Counted from the first letter of the whole stretch, positions 48,425 to 62,109 are shown. The stretch: DNA of 63,299 nt, filler included, from Reticulomyxa filosa (GCA_000512085.1; 21 parts of 21 records of this genome joined end to end with filler, not necessarily neighbours in it); one strand, 5' to 3'. Translations and numbers: made by a program. Notes: generated from the letters alone by a model not told the origin.

Positions 48425-51303
48425 ATGACTGACGCTGAACTGTGTTTCCTCAGTATGCGGGGTTTTTAGAGCAAGTTATTATTTAATTTCATATCAGCCT
48501 AACATAATTTTTTGCTTTATTTCAGAAATCATCATGCTAGCACAACTTCAGCAGGCTTTTCCTACGATTGACAAAGAACTTGTTTCACAAGCATGGAGTT
48601 GGTTTGACGGAAAAGTTGCTGACATAAAGACTGTGTTATCCTTGACCACAGAAAACACGTTATAAGGAACTTTTTTTTCCAACAGATAATACATTATGGA
48701 TAGTTTTTTAAAAAATTACAAATATATTTCACTACAGCACAACTTCGGAGCAACAGAAAAACTTGCTGCAATTATTCAAGATATTTGATAGTAAAATTGA
48801 AAAAGCAATAATACTACAAACGTGGAACAATTCGAATAAAATGTACTCTACAGCGTTGATGGAACTGTCTGTAATGTGTTCCAATTCCAGTGCCAATGAG
48901 TTACATTTTTTGTTGAAATAATCATTACTGTCGCAAAGACAAGAAAGCAAATATAAATATTGTCAACATTTGGAAAATAACAGATTTAAAGAAAATTGTA
49001 AATTGAAAATAATAAGGGAAATATGTTTACATATATTGTGGAGCATTTTGAAATATCCTAAACATATTAAATATCGAAAAATCAATCAACAAAGTCTATA
49101 CAATAATTTATTGTTCAAATATCACCAATTGGATGAATATGTTGATCAAGTATTTATAAATATGGAATGTTATTTACAACAATTTGGGTTTGAAAAAAGT
49201 GACAATAGTTGGTATTATCTAAATGATAATATTCAACTACTACATCTATGGAAATGTTATAAAGAATTGATTGATCAACAATTCATGTACGGTGTATGTA
49301 TATTTTATTGCTATGACAAACAAAGGTATATTAATTTGTATTTTTGATTACAAAAAAATAACAGGTACAAAGCAAGAATTAACATTCCAAAAAGAGTGTG
49401 TATGTTATCAAATGGAAAATGGGAAATTTATGAAGCTATGTTTGATTATCAACATCGAACGATTATGTTATTAGATATGAATGAACAAAGTATAAAATCA
49501 TTACAAATTGGAAATCCAAAGAAAGCGTCATTGGAATTCAATGTTCATATTCAATGGTATAATGACTTCAATGATGTATATAATACACACACCAAATGGG
49601 CTTGTCTCATTCTCAATCGCAACTGGTACTTTCGTACAATTACTGTATTAGATAGGGAAACTTTATCCAATTGCCTCTCAGTTAATGTCTTTATATTTAC
49701 AAATAATTCTGAATTAACACAATTCTATTATCAACGCATAAGGAGTTCAATTCTTTCCACGCCATTTGGAGAGATGCAATTGTCACGTACAAAGAACCCT
49801 TGAATCCTTATTCAATGACTTTGAAACAAGGAATCCGGTATTGTAAAGATAAATTACAAATATTGAAACATTTCATGAATGGAACAGATGAAGTGATATA
49901 TTCCATATGTGAATTTGACAAATGTGAGCCACGAATTGAGCAAAATAGGATTGACGAAGATGTACGATTACATGATGTTTACAAACATCTTCCTCATTAT
50001 CCAATTATTCGAGTGTATTGGGAAATAAATGGACTATTCATAGTGCCTTATAAACGCAGTATTAATATCGAAAGAGAAAATATACCAAAAAGTGACTTGG
50101 ATATTACATTTTCACCAAATGGAAAACCTACGTTCAATCCGTTTTTATATGAATGTGATTTGCACAAGCTCCAAGTTATTCAAGATACAGTGACACCCAA
50201 AAAAATAGGAAACAGTGAATTACAGTCACTGTTTCACGAAGTGATAAAGAATGGTTATTTGTGTGATTTGAGCACAAATAATAAACAAGAGGAAATACAA
50301 CGCCATGAAAGAATCAAACAACAAATTGATTATAATGAAAATAATCCAAGTGAATTGATATTAAATGATAAAATATTAACAATATTAAATGAATTGAAGA
50401 TATTGTATCACGATGATATTCATAAACATATGGGATATCCACTTCAATTGGAAGATATTTGTGCAATTTTATTGTATTGTGGCAAATCATGTAATAGTGA
50501 ATTCAGTTATGATCAAATCCAATTTAGACATCACAAATGGCCTTTTTTAGATGGATGCTTGCAGAATGCTATCATGACGCTTCATTATCATGAGAGAATA
50601 GAAGAAAATGATATTGAGTTATATTGTGGATTGAAAAAAGTGAGATTTGAAAATATTGAAAAAGAATAAAATTTGGATTTTTCATAAGTCATGTAAGTAC
50701 TTCTGATGATATTCAAGTTGCACAAATGTATAGAAGTGATCAGGGATGATTTTGCATTTTCATCCTTCTATGAGACGATCGAGTGGAATTAAAAGTTGTG
50801 ATCCATCGTGGATATCTCCATACAAACACGAACGTGAAATTTTATTTTTAAGGTCATACGTATATTCCACTGTTGATGACAGATTAATCAAAGAATTATG
50901 TGGGTGGAATGCCAAAATAGAATTCGAAGATGAATATACACAAATGATATTATTGACGTGGGCAATGTATGATAAATACATTCAACAATGTTTACAAGTC
51001 AGTGTAATATGGAGTCACGCCATTGATTTAAATCTCATTTTTGTACTTTTACTCGATACTCAACGTGATATAGGTACTGTGAGCAAAATGTTGGAGGCAT
51101 TTAAAGAATGGAGATTGAGGGACAACACAGAACAAAAATACAAAGCGATAATGAACTTATTTTCAGAAAGACGTTGTTGCAATCACAGTGTCAACTTATT
51201 TTATATCTTTGCTTTTAATGGCAACATAGAGCAGGCTGTCGAACGTGCAGCGGCTCTCACTGTTAATGGTTTTCCATTTGCTAAGACAAGAAGCTTTGGA
51301 TAA
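48425..51303 (+). CDS. CUE/UBA-like plus PUB plus ADP-ribosyltransferase-fold protein; 1-nt frameshift near 50665
   Basis: LQQAFPTIDKELV (CUE-like); ILKYPKHIKYRKIN...LQQFGF (PUB); ILLYCG, LYCGL, SHVSTS and SPYKHEREILF (R-S-E clade ART motifs). Confidence 0.72.
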
Positions 51304-52040
51304 AAGATTAAATACATTTTACTTTTGCAAAAATAAAATACATTTATTGTTTACAGCGTGTGATATTATTATTTAAGAAAAAATCTACTTTTGGTGAGCA
51401 CTAAAAAGGAAAACGTAGTTCCATTTTATTTTTTTAATTCTTGGGTATTTGATCATATCTTTTACACGTCTGTTTTTTGGCATACTCTAACATTTAAATG
51501 TTGTTATAAGTGGTGTTCATTTTCTCTTTCAATTGTTCATCTGTTTAGCGAAGTTGTCTAAACAGAAGAGAAAGGCAAATTCAGAGAATTTTTTTCTGCC
51601 ATAAAAGCGTTTATTTTTGTGCAGATAACAGCATTTTGGTTATGCTTCCAAGCTTCTTCAAAATTTTCACTAAAATCAAATTGAATAAAAAAAAATGATC
51701 TTTTCGCGCTTTCAATGAATCATAAAATGTACAACCTTAAAATAGTTTTGTCATACTCATTTTCTTTTTAATCTAAACATCATAATGAACAAATTAACAA
51801 TAACTGTAATAAAGATTTTATTTACTATTTATACTAAAATCTATTGAAACCAATTCTGTTCGTCTGTCGAGCATGGCGATGCACTCGAATCTGAAACAAC
51901 TGATCAAAAAATCTTTTCTCTAATTTTTTGGAGACAACACAAAACGGAGAGACTGTAAAAACACGAACAAGCGTAAAAACTACTGTTAAGAGAAGGGGAG
52001 AAAGTTAGAAGCAGTGCCTCCCTTTTTTTTTTTAATCGTG

Positions 52041-52656
52041 TATGATGATGTGGTTAATTAGTTTATTGTGGCTTTTACGCCTTGTATCTGCAGGTAAGAG
52101 TGAATACAATCCCCACCATACACAAAAGGAGTAATGTTGTGAACAGCGGCGTGTGTGTGGTGGGGGGGGGGTATCCCTTCCCGTTTTTTTTTTTTTTAAT
52201 TTTAAAAAAAAAAAAAAAGAATAGCGTATGTTTTTACGGACGATCGACGGGCTCGGCAAACGAGTTGCAACTGCAAGCATATTTCGGTACGTATAGCGCG
52301 AACGCCAGCGACTCTGTGCCATGGGCAGTACGATCCTCGGGGAGATACGACTTGGAGTCAGCAGATGTGTACCTTCACGTGCGAATGTACCCGTACTACT
52401 ACTACTACGAAGCATACTCGTACGCGTACACTGGGATGTTTTGGTATGACAACCAAGTGATCGCATACGACAAACAGCTGCAAGGCTTTGCACTGTTGAA
52501 TATCGGTTATTATTACTACAGCAACGTCACGACCATCGCCATGTGCTTCAAGTCGGACATTACCAAATGCGGAAGAGGCTCGTGGTACTTGGGGTCGTCG
52601 GCCAACACCACGGCATTAGTATACAATGCTGAACTTAGATTTTCAGCTTGTTCAAG

Positions 52657-52706
<50 letters not shown>

Positions 52707-52938
52707 TGTATGTATATATGTATTATGAATCAATGTTCTGATTTACACATGTATATATAAATACATAGGTTCGTTTTGTACTGACTTTGGCGAAATGCTA
52801 ACCACCAACGGCACAATGAACATCTCGCACTATTTGAATGGCACCTTTATTGAATACCCCTCGGATTCCCAGTATTACCCCTATTGGAAACATGCCACCT
52901 CCTCTTTGACTTGGCAGCTCGTTGGGGTTTGTCACCCC
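52041..52938 (+). CDS. Hypothetical secreted Tyr-rich protein, 3' truncated
   Basis: Signal-peptide-like MMMWLISLLWLLRLVSA followed by GT-AG separated exons with coding-like composition. Confidence 0.5.
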
Positions 52939-53038
52939 NNNNNNNNNNNNNNNNNNNNNNNNNNNNNNNNNNNNNNNNNNNNTTAATTAATTAANNNNNN
53001 NNNNNNNNNNNNNNNNNNNNNNNNNNNNNNNNNNNNNN

Positions 53039-54274
53039 TGTATTTGCATTTATATTTGCATTTGCATTTGCATTTGCATTTGCATTTGTATTTACACTTG
53101 AATTTAGATTTGTATTTGCAGCTGCAGTTGCATTGTCATCTGTGGCAATAGTAGATTGACGGTCATCTTTGGATGAAAGATGAACTAAATCATGTTTGGT
53201 TTCGTAGTCGTTTAATATCCCCTGCAGCTCCTTTCCCAAGTCACCGGTCCACTGCATGCTATTCACGAACGAGTTGAGTGTGGTTTGAGGCGCTACAAAC
53301 GTGCGATTTGTCTCATTTTTCAATTGCGCTTGTCGGGCGTCAATGGCACCATCCCACTCGCTCATTGCTTGTGTTGTGCGATGCATTTGCAGTCCTCTTT
53401 CTTTGCGCTACACATTTTTTTTTTTTTTTTTTTTTACAATTTAAAAAAGTTCAGTTCAAAGGGGCAACAACAACAACAACGATAAAAAAAAAAAAAAAAA
53501 GTAAACTGCAATATCAAATGGATTGATTTTTTGTTGGATTAAAAGTTTCATGCGGTGTGTGTCTTGGAAGTCATCGACTTCTTGGATTTGTTTGGTGATG
53601 ACGTTGTCGATAGGCACGCTGACTCGCGAAAGCATCTCTTTCATGGAGACGAAGGACTGGTGTCTCGTCCCTTGGAGTTTGGTGCTGTCTTCGTTCATGA
53701 TACCCGACAGCGAGTCCTTGGTCTTGAGGTCGATGGACTTGTCCACGTTCGTATTGATATCGAAAGCGCTGGGGGTATGGATGGCCTCGTGTCCTCCCAC
53801 CACCGTCACTGTCTTATCCGATGAAATATTGTCGTTCACTTGTTCAAATACTTTCTTTATCATATCTTCATGGGCTTTAACTTCTTTTTTACTCATATCT
53901 CGTCCCCCTTCTTCTTCTTCTTCTTCTTCTTCGAGTTCTTCTTCCTCCTCCTCCTTATCTTCTTCGTCTCTTTGCTTATCTTCATCCACGTCGAAAATAT
54001 CCGTTAGGTATATGTCCTTCTTGCTTTTCGTCGCTTTACGTCCTCGTAAGAGTTGGTAGATGCGCTCGTCTTTGTTATCATCGTCTTCGTCGTAAAAACT
54101 TGACGTAGCCCCTTTTTCTATTGCCACTAAGTCGCTTTCGTCGTTTTCTCTGCTTGACTTCTTCTCTGATCGCAATTTAGGCAAAGCACCATGCTTCAAC
54201 CGCTGCTTGATGCCATCACGCTTTACCTTCGCCAAAAGGCGCACTTTTCTACGACGGCGTTGTTGGGCTGGCAT
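53039..54274 (-). CDS. Basic/acidic nucleolar-type protein, possibly the Utp14 N-terminus
   Basis: K/R-rich start and poly-E tract; TTQAMSEWDGAI...FVNSM..TGDLGKELQGIL weakly resembles Utp14. Confidence 0.35.
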
Positions 54275-54646
54275 TATTTATTTTAATTGATGCGACGGGG
54301 AAAATCAAATGTTCTGTTTTTTTTTTCTATCTTTCTCCTTCGGCATTCAGTTATTTCTTTTTATTTTTTAATTATTGGCTGGGATTGTTGTTCAATGCAT
54401 TTTTCATTTTTTATTTTTAAATGCAGTAGTAATGATGTTTTTGCAAAAAATTATTTTGTTGTACTTTAAAGTTTTAAAATGATAATGTCCTTCTAAAAGT
54501 AACGTGGCAATTTGCAAAGAGGGAAATTTAACATGTTTTTGCTACAGCAACAAAAGAAAAACGAAAAAGCCCCCTTGTTGAGTCAGATTTCGCGAGACGA
54601 TGAGACTGTGCTTTTGAAAGCGAGACTTGGGAGAAAAAAAAAATTC

Positions 54647-55605
54647 TCACAGTTCTTGCTTTGTAGCACGCCCACCTAAGCGCAAGTTGAGTTCATTGGT
54701 GAAATCGAATTGGAAAATGTCATTATTTTCTTTTAAGTGTTGAGGATTGGAGGATCTCGGGATGACAGCAACATTATTTTCAACCATAAACCTTAAGGCT
54801 AGTTGTGAAGAAGAGACATGGATTCCTTGACTTTGTTGAATTTCATTCGCCAAAGTCTTCAAAGTGTTCCTCCATTCGGCATATTCCGGTTCTTCCTCTG
54901 CGATTCCTCGAAATGTGCTGTAGGCTTGCAATAATATTTTATGCTGACTAACAAAGTCTTTAAACTCCCAATCGAAATTTGCCAAATCCATATGATTTTG
55001 GACAATTTGCGGTTTTATTGGATATTCTCCCAGCAATTGGGTCATCAAGTCTTCATCCCAATTGCTCACACCTATTTTTTTTTTTTTATTTATCCCGCAC
55101 GTACGTATGAATGAATGAATGCATGGTTGTTTCCAACTCATATATACATACATATATATGATATATGTATGTATGTGCACAATAACCAATATTCAAAAGA
55201 ATGCCCTCTCCATACAATTTAGACAAGGCTTCATAAGACTGTTGCCATCTTGCATCTTTGCTATGGGAGCAGTCCATAAAAGATAAATGTTCATAACAGA
55301 ACGGCCAATGGATAAGATACAAATCGATATAATTAACCTTCATTGCAGCAAGGGACTGTCGAACAGCTTCGCAAGTGGCATCAAAATAAAGCTCAGTGGG
55401 CCAAACTTTCGAAGTCAAAAACAGGCCTGCGCGTAGCGTTCTGTTCGCTTTCAACAGCGAGCCAATTGCAGGTTCACTTTCATACGCCCTCGCGCTTCGA
55501 TCAGTGCGTATTCATACCGAGTCACTGCATCCTTCACCACCCTGAGACTCTCTTCACCATCGAAGGCTCCAGTCCCTAATCCAATTGCAGGAAGTATCAT
55601 CCCTA
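54647..55605 (-). CDS. Aldo-keto reductase; 1-nt frameshift near 55497
   Basis: PAIGLGT, I(D)SARAYESEPAIG, LFLTSKVW, YIDLYLIHWP, IGVSNW and VIPRSSNPQHLKEN. Confidence 0.93.
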
Positions 55606-55753
55606 ATCATTTTTTTTTTTTTTTTTTTTTTTTTATTTTTTTAAAAAAAAAAANNNNNNNNNNNNNNNNNNNNNNNNNNNNNNNNNNNNNNNNNNNNTTA
55701 ATTAATTAANNNNNNNNNNNNNNNNNNNNNNNNNNNNNNNNNNNNNNNNNNNN

Positions 55754-55790
<37 letters not shown>

Positions 55791-55799
55791 ATATAATAT

Positions 55800-57430
55800 A
55801 AAGTTGTACAAGAACAAAGAGGTAATGTGTGAGTACCAATCGGTGTCATTGTTTGGGTATTCGACATCACATTTCCAATTGTCAAAAATCGATGACTATC
55901 ATATCGACAACGACGTGGTGGATGGTATGTGGGTGAGCCCATTGGGGAAGTCTGCGGACCGCACGTTGCCTCACAAAAAAATTCAGTTTCACAAAAACAT
56001 TATCACGTTCATGTTCGAGGAGCAAACGAATCGGCAGGTGGCATTCGATTTGGCAATGAAGCGACAGCAGGTCCAGCTGCAAAGACGACAGTGGTATCGC
56101 GAGCTGAACCGTTTGCAATGGGTTAGCGCCCCCCCCCTTTTTTTTTTTTTTTTTTTTAAAAAAAAAAGGGAAAGTGTATGTCATGTGCACCTATAAAAGG
56201 GGGGGGGGGAGGGGGTGTCTCAATATATTCAAACAAATCGAAAGTTGACATCTGACCAAAATACAAAAAACAGGAAAATCAGGAGTTGCAAGAAAAACTG
56301 GCCTCGCCTTCAGTTATTAAAAAGATATATGTACATATATATATACATATATATACATATATATGTATATATGTGTGGAGGATAGAAAATGGAAATTGAA
56401 AAGCTCCGCGTGAGTGCATCGCAAAAGCAGAAATTGGAATCATATGTCCGAGAGTTGGACAAGAAGTGGAGTGCGCAAGTGACGGAGATCGAGAAGTTGC
56501 GAGAAGAGAACTCGGCATTGCGTGTTCAGATTCAGCAAATGCAATTGGTGGCCCCGAATATGATGACAGATAATTCAACAGCAGTATCAGCATCAGCATC
56601 AGCATCAGCATCAGCAGCAGCAGCGGCAGCAGCGGCAGCATCAGCATCAGAAGCAAGCCCAGCAGGGATAAATGGAGGTAAAGGTCCTGCACTCGCGTCC
56701 ATCAACATAACAGAGTCGACACGAGAGCACAAGTACACTCCATTGGACACGCCGACGATTCGCGAGACGAGTCAGGTCGGCACGCCTTTGCGGCGAATCG
56801 AAGAGTTGGAAGAGAGCGACGACGAAAAGTCGCTGGTGACATCTCCACTCCCAACTCGCGACTCTGGAAAAGGGACCCCCACCGCGACAGCAGCCGCTTC
56901 TGCTTTCGCTGTGTCAGCAGAAGACGTACACGGTCCGCAAGGTGCGAATTTCCAGACCAAAGAGGACGTGAATCTATTGGCGGATCGATATGAAAATGCA
57001 TTGGGAGGGATGCGCATGACACTGCTGAACCAACAGGTGGAAATGGAACGCTTGCGCGTGGAAAATTCGCAAGCGCAAAAGCAAGTGCGAAGACTATCGT
57101 CGTCAATGGACGAAACGCAAGCCAATCAAACGCGTTATGTTCTGCAACTCCAACAAGACTTGGCCGAAGCAAAGGAACAAAATGACACTTTGAAACTGCA
57201 ATTACAAGAAATAGAAACAGGAAAAAAAGAAGAGGTGGATCATGACCAATTGCAACAACAGATTGCCACCAATCAACAACTGACTCAACAACTGCAAGAG
57301 TGCAAAACCGAATTGAAAGAACACATTGTACTGCTACTCGATGAGCAACACAAGTTGCAACTCGCAGAACAACAAATCCAAGAATTGAATCAAAAACTCC
57401 AATCTCAACAACAATCTACTCAGTTTTGCC
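55800..57430 (+). CDS. Coiled-coil protein with a PH-like N-terminal fragment
   Basis: RRQWYRELNRL resembles a PH C-terminal helix; long Q/E/L heptad ORF at 56389-57462. Confidence 0.55.
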
Positions 57431-57624
57431 TTCCTCTATTCGATAGAAACATACATGTATAACGCATAATGTAGTTATATATATATATATATTACAATGT
57501 TGTTTGAGTGCATGGTGGTTTTTTNNNNNNNNNNNNNNNNNNNNNNNNNNNNNNNNNNNNNNNNNNNNTTAATTAATTAANNNNNNNNNNNNNNNNNNNN
57601 NNNNNNNNNNNNNNNNNNNNNNNN

Positions 57625-59345
57625 GTCTTCATGAAGATGTTTGTCAGCGAGTGCCTTTTTAACCTCTTCTGTGTATGTGATAGGTTGGGTTGGTGAGAGT
57701 GCGCTAAAGGCTCCGGAGAAGTCCCCGAGAGATGCCAAGCGTAACCATCGTTCGTTTGAAGATTCAATTTTTGGTGGGCGATATTTGCGGTCGGGCAATT
57801 GGTTTGAATGATAAAGGAACTCCTCCCATAGTTGTTGGTAAGACTTTGCCTTCCATTGTTTCAATCTTTATGTGATTGCGTTGGTGACTATCTTGTGCGT
57901 TAATAGTGCTATTTGGAATTGACGATGAGTGCGCTGAGATAATGGAGGGGGTGAAAGCATTATCAAGTTTTTTAACGCATTTTGGATGTTTGCCTTATCT
58001 TGAGTGTGAGATAGCGACTGATTTGCCACATAGGTAACAGACAATTCTTTTATGTTCGCTGAAGAACTGTTGAGGTACCTTTTCAAATAGTGGATTGGCG
58101 AGGTTCATGTTAACATGACGATGTAACAGTTGGCGTTTTCTGAAAGTCGAGTTGCATTTGGGGACTGGACAATTGTATGTTGTTTTGGTTTCTTTTTGTT
58201 TTTTGGCCTGGATTACGGCGTCTGGATCGAAGTCGCTACTTGAATCGGTTTGCGTGCAGCTTTTGTATGAATCGGACAGCGTGTATATGCTACTTTTTTG
58301 GAAGGTGCTTGAGGCCTTGGTGGAATCGGTCTTCGCTGGTGGATTTGTGTTGTGCCGCCTGCTAGGATCTATTTGCTGTTGCTGCTTTATCCTATTGTTG
58401 TATTCGAGTGTATTATCACGGATGGAATTTTGTTTTGTGTATCTGTGAGCATGTCTTGGGTCTCTTGGTTGCTTTTACACTCATCGATCGCGGTTGTCTG
58501 AGCAACGTGTCGGGTATTGGGGTAAGAAAGTAATGGTCGTGTGTGTGCGTACGTGATTTCGCACATTGAGTCGGTTTGGTTGGAAGTAGGAATCGACGAA
58601 GCTGGATCGAAGATTTCAAGGCATTGGATTTTTTCAAGTGATTGTATTTGCAGGTCTGTCGAGGGATTCAGCTGCGGGGCAGGTGAAATCGAATCAAACG
58701 CATGGTTTTGTTAGTACCAAGTGCCGAATGTAATTGGATGTGAACAGCGTTGCAATGACCATTGTTTTGGAATGTTTCTTTAACCACAGGTAAGATTGGT
58801 TTATCTCTAGATGTGGGAATGTGTCTTTCGGGCGATTGTTTTCCATTTTTTGTGTGTTTGTGTTGTGACTTGTGGGTTCTTCTTTAGTCTCCAGGTTTTC
58901 CATTGGCCGGATGGGAGATAAGAAAGAAGTCGACAACATGATTTCATCTTTTTTGGATTTGTTATTATTATTGGAGGAATTTTCGTTCGACAAAGTAACA
59001 TCGTCTATCACTATGACCATTTCGATTTCTTTCTCTGGTGTATTGGTGTTTGACTAATGTAATATTCTAAAGACTTGTGTGGCATTTCCTCTCGTGAGAG
59101 ATAGTTGGATAAAAGCGCCGAGTAAGAGCCCAATATGTGATCATGCGCTGCTTGTTCTACCCGGCGAGAATATAGTGACAATTTTGGAATTCCGACTTTG
59201 ACACGATATCTTTTCTTATTTCGTAAGAATTTTCCGTCGTCGAGCCCGTCCGCGTGTTTGGCGCGATCGTTGGTCGTTTTATCGGATGATAACTCCGATG
59301 GACATTCATTACATAGTACTGTGTTCGTTGTCTTGCTTGGCCACT
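57625..59345 (-). mobile_element. Degenerate CRE/SLACS/Cnl1-type non-LTR retrotransposon, N-terminal part up to the RT start
   Basis: C2H2-type finger YNCPVPKCNSTFRKRQLLHRHVNM (58177-58105), CYLC...H.KC, and the pre-RT segment RLASLGDFSGAFSALSP....TEEVKKALADKH; intronless with stops and frameshifts. Confidence 0.7.
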
Positions 59346-59959
59346 NNNNNNNNNNNNNNNNNNNNNNNNNNNNNNNNNNNNNNNNNNNNTTAATTAATTA
59401 ANNNNNNNNNNNNNNNNNNNNNNNNNNNNNNNNNNNNNNNNNNNNTCAGCCAATGACTCGATATATTTGGCCAGCATGGATTGTATGCATGCAATATATT
59501 TGGAATTGAGTGCGATCAAATCATGGACGAGTTTGGCATTGACATTGACATTGACATTGGAGTCGACATGTTTGTTAACAACAGATAGCAGTTGCGTGGA
59601 GAGAAGAGCGACATTGTGAAACAATAAAGGCAACAAGTAAGACAACATTTCATAATTTATCAAAAAGTGTTTCGAAAACGATTAATCAATCTTATTACCA
59701 AGGCGACATCGCAGTAACATTGATTGACTCTGCGTCGTCGTCATATTATTAGACAAGTCCAAATCACAATCACTACTCATTGAAGGTTCACTCAACAATC
59801 GCGAATGAGTATTATTATTATTATTACTTCTTCGAATGAATAGACTAGGAAGTGACTTTGAATGTGAATGAATTGAAAAGACGAAGAAGAAGGAGGAGGA
59901 GGAGGAGAGAGAAAGTTGCTCTTTTCATTCGAACGCATGCTCGATTTACTCTGCATCTT

Positions 59960-60834
59960 AGACGAGATAAAGATATGAGAGAGTTACAAAAAAGACAAGA
60001 AGAAATGGAGGCAATAGCAGCAAGAGAAAGACATGAGCAAGAGAAAAGAGAAAAAGAAAAGGACTTCAAGCAATTGAAATTGGAATATGACAAGCAAATA
60101 CAAGAATGCAAAGAGCAATTTGCAATAGCATTATCACAAGAAAGAGAGCGATGTAAATTGAAATCACAAGTAGACAACGAGAAAGAGAAGACTCTAAAGT
60201 TTTGCGAATAGTATTGTATGGACCAACAGGTGAGGGCAAATCATTATTGGCCAATCGATTCATTGGAGATGATTCGGAGGAGGGTGAGCAAGGTCCATTT
60301 GTACCTAGTGATGATGTACACTCCAAAACGCAAGATATTAAAAAAGAGTTAGTTCCTTGTTCCACAAGATATAAATATCCATTTACTGTTATTGATCAAC
60401 CGGGATGTTTTGATTCTGCTGGAAGAGATCGTTATCATATCAATCATTTGGTTCAATTTTTACGAGGAATTGAATTTATACATGCCATTGTTTTGGTCAA
60501 AAGTTTTGCATCTCCAAGATTGTCTTCCATATATCAACATATGCTCCAATGTTTGCAGGATACGTTTGGACGCGACATTTGGAAACATGTTGTCATTGTT
60601 GTCACAAGAGTTGATTCGTTTTCGTCTGTGCATAAATATACCACACAATTGCGCTCCGCTTTGCTTCAGACATTACATTTAACCGAACAAGAGGCTCCAT
60701 TTCCTGTCGTTTGCTTGAATCTAAAGGGACAGTACGTACAGCCGCTACAGCAACTTGTCAATCATATTCTGCCTACTATCCCTTCTTTTTCTTGTCGTCA
60801 ATTGCGTTCTCCTTTGGATAAATTACAAGTTTAA
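59960..60834 (+). CDS. AIG1/GIMAP-like P-loop GTPase with N-terminal coiled coil; frameshift near 60200
   Basis: G1 GPTGEGKS, G3 IDQPGCFDS, TFGRDIWKHVVIVVTRVD (AIG1-type G4 region). Confidence 0.8.
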
Positions 60835-60954
60835 ACATTTTTTTTTTTTTTTTTNNNNNNNNNNNNNNNNNNNNNNNNNNNNNNNNNNNNNNNNNNNNTT
60901 AATTAATTAANNNNNNNNNNNNNNNNNNNNNNNNNNNNNNNNNNNNNNNNNNNN

Positions 60955-62109
60955 CAAAGCCGAACTGTTGTTTGAAGCCGTATAATGATTGTCCATCATT
61001 GCAAACAGGCCAATCCAAGCCATACAAATAAATGTTTCCTACTTGATTTTCCAAAATGTTCATTTGGGTTTGGCAGTTTGCGTCGTTGTAATTAGCACCG
61101 TCTTTGCAAATCGAGTAATATTGCTTCCATGCTGGCAATGATACCAACGAGTGTCCGAAAAATGTGTCATACATTCCTTTCGTATTTTCTGTTAAAAAAA
61201 AAACACAATCAAGCAATTGCTTTTTAGATTTGTTTGGCGGCCATTCAATGCACAAAAAATAAAATTAAAAAAAATGCCGCCCACATCAGTACACAAATAT
61301 GCAAAAAAAAAAAGGGGGAAGGACAAAAAAAAAAATTCATACCAACTGGATCCGTGTATGGGTTGCCAACCTATGTGCATCATTATTTTTTTGTCATAAG
61401 CACACCATTAATGTTATTTACTTTTATTTATTTCAAAAAAAAACAAAAATAAAAATAAAGTGTTTTGTCACGTTATATGTTGCAAGCAGTCTGTGCATAC
61501 TCAACTAATAATCCTTTGAAATTGATGGTGTTGTTTACATTGTGTTGGACGATGTATTGTGCTAACAGTGGCATGTAATGGCCACCTTTACATATACACA
61601 TACATACACAAATATATATAATTTGTTATTCTATGTACTTGGTTTTATTGCAACAAAAGTGTCAAAATCCCAACCAATTGTGTTTACTTAATGTGAACAA
61701 AGTGAGAGAAAGGGGACAAAATTTTTTTAAAAAAAAGAACACATTTAATTATTGACATACATACCATAGGATTCACTAGAAATGTAAAAGTCATTTGTCG
61801 AATAGTTTGGAAAAGCTTTCAGCCATGACAAAATGAATGAATTACCTTTTTTTTTTCCCCCGTGTGTTTCTATTTTTTTTTTTTTTTGTGGTCCCTTTAT
61901 TTTCTTCTTCTTTTTTCCCCCCCCCCCTTTTTTTTTCCCTCTTCCTTGCTCATCGATTTTGCGCGGTTTAAAAAAAAAGAAAACACTACGAAACATGTCT
62001 GCAACCGCTTGACTGTCTCCGGTTGTGTAGTCATTTGGATTGGTCGAATAACTGTAACCGACACCAGCAGGTTGTTCAATGAACAACATGTTAACTCGCT
62101 ATTGTTCCC
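60955..62109 (-). CDS. Serine carboxypeptidase (S10), internal fragment
   Basis: MLFIEQPAGVGYSYS, FYISSESYG|GHYMP and INFKGLL|VGNPYTD. Confidence 0.92.

Noticed and set aside
3115-51303. Apparent ubiquitin-system gene cluster (USP, MARCH, UBE2K, PUB-ART)
   Set aside because: The genes lie on different contigs, so the clustering is a concatenation artefact
55440-55510. Aldo-keto reductase apparently lacking the catalytic Asp and Tyr
   Set aside because: Restoring one base gives I-D-S-A-R-A-Y-E, so this is a frameshift rather than motif loss
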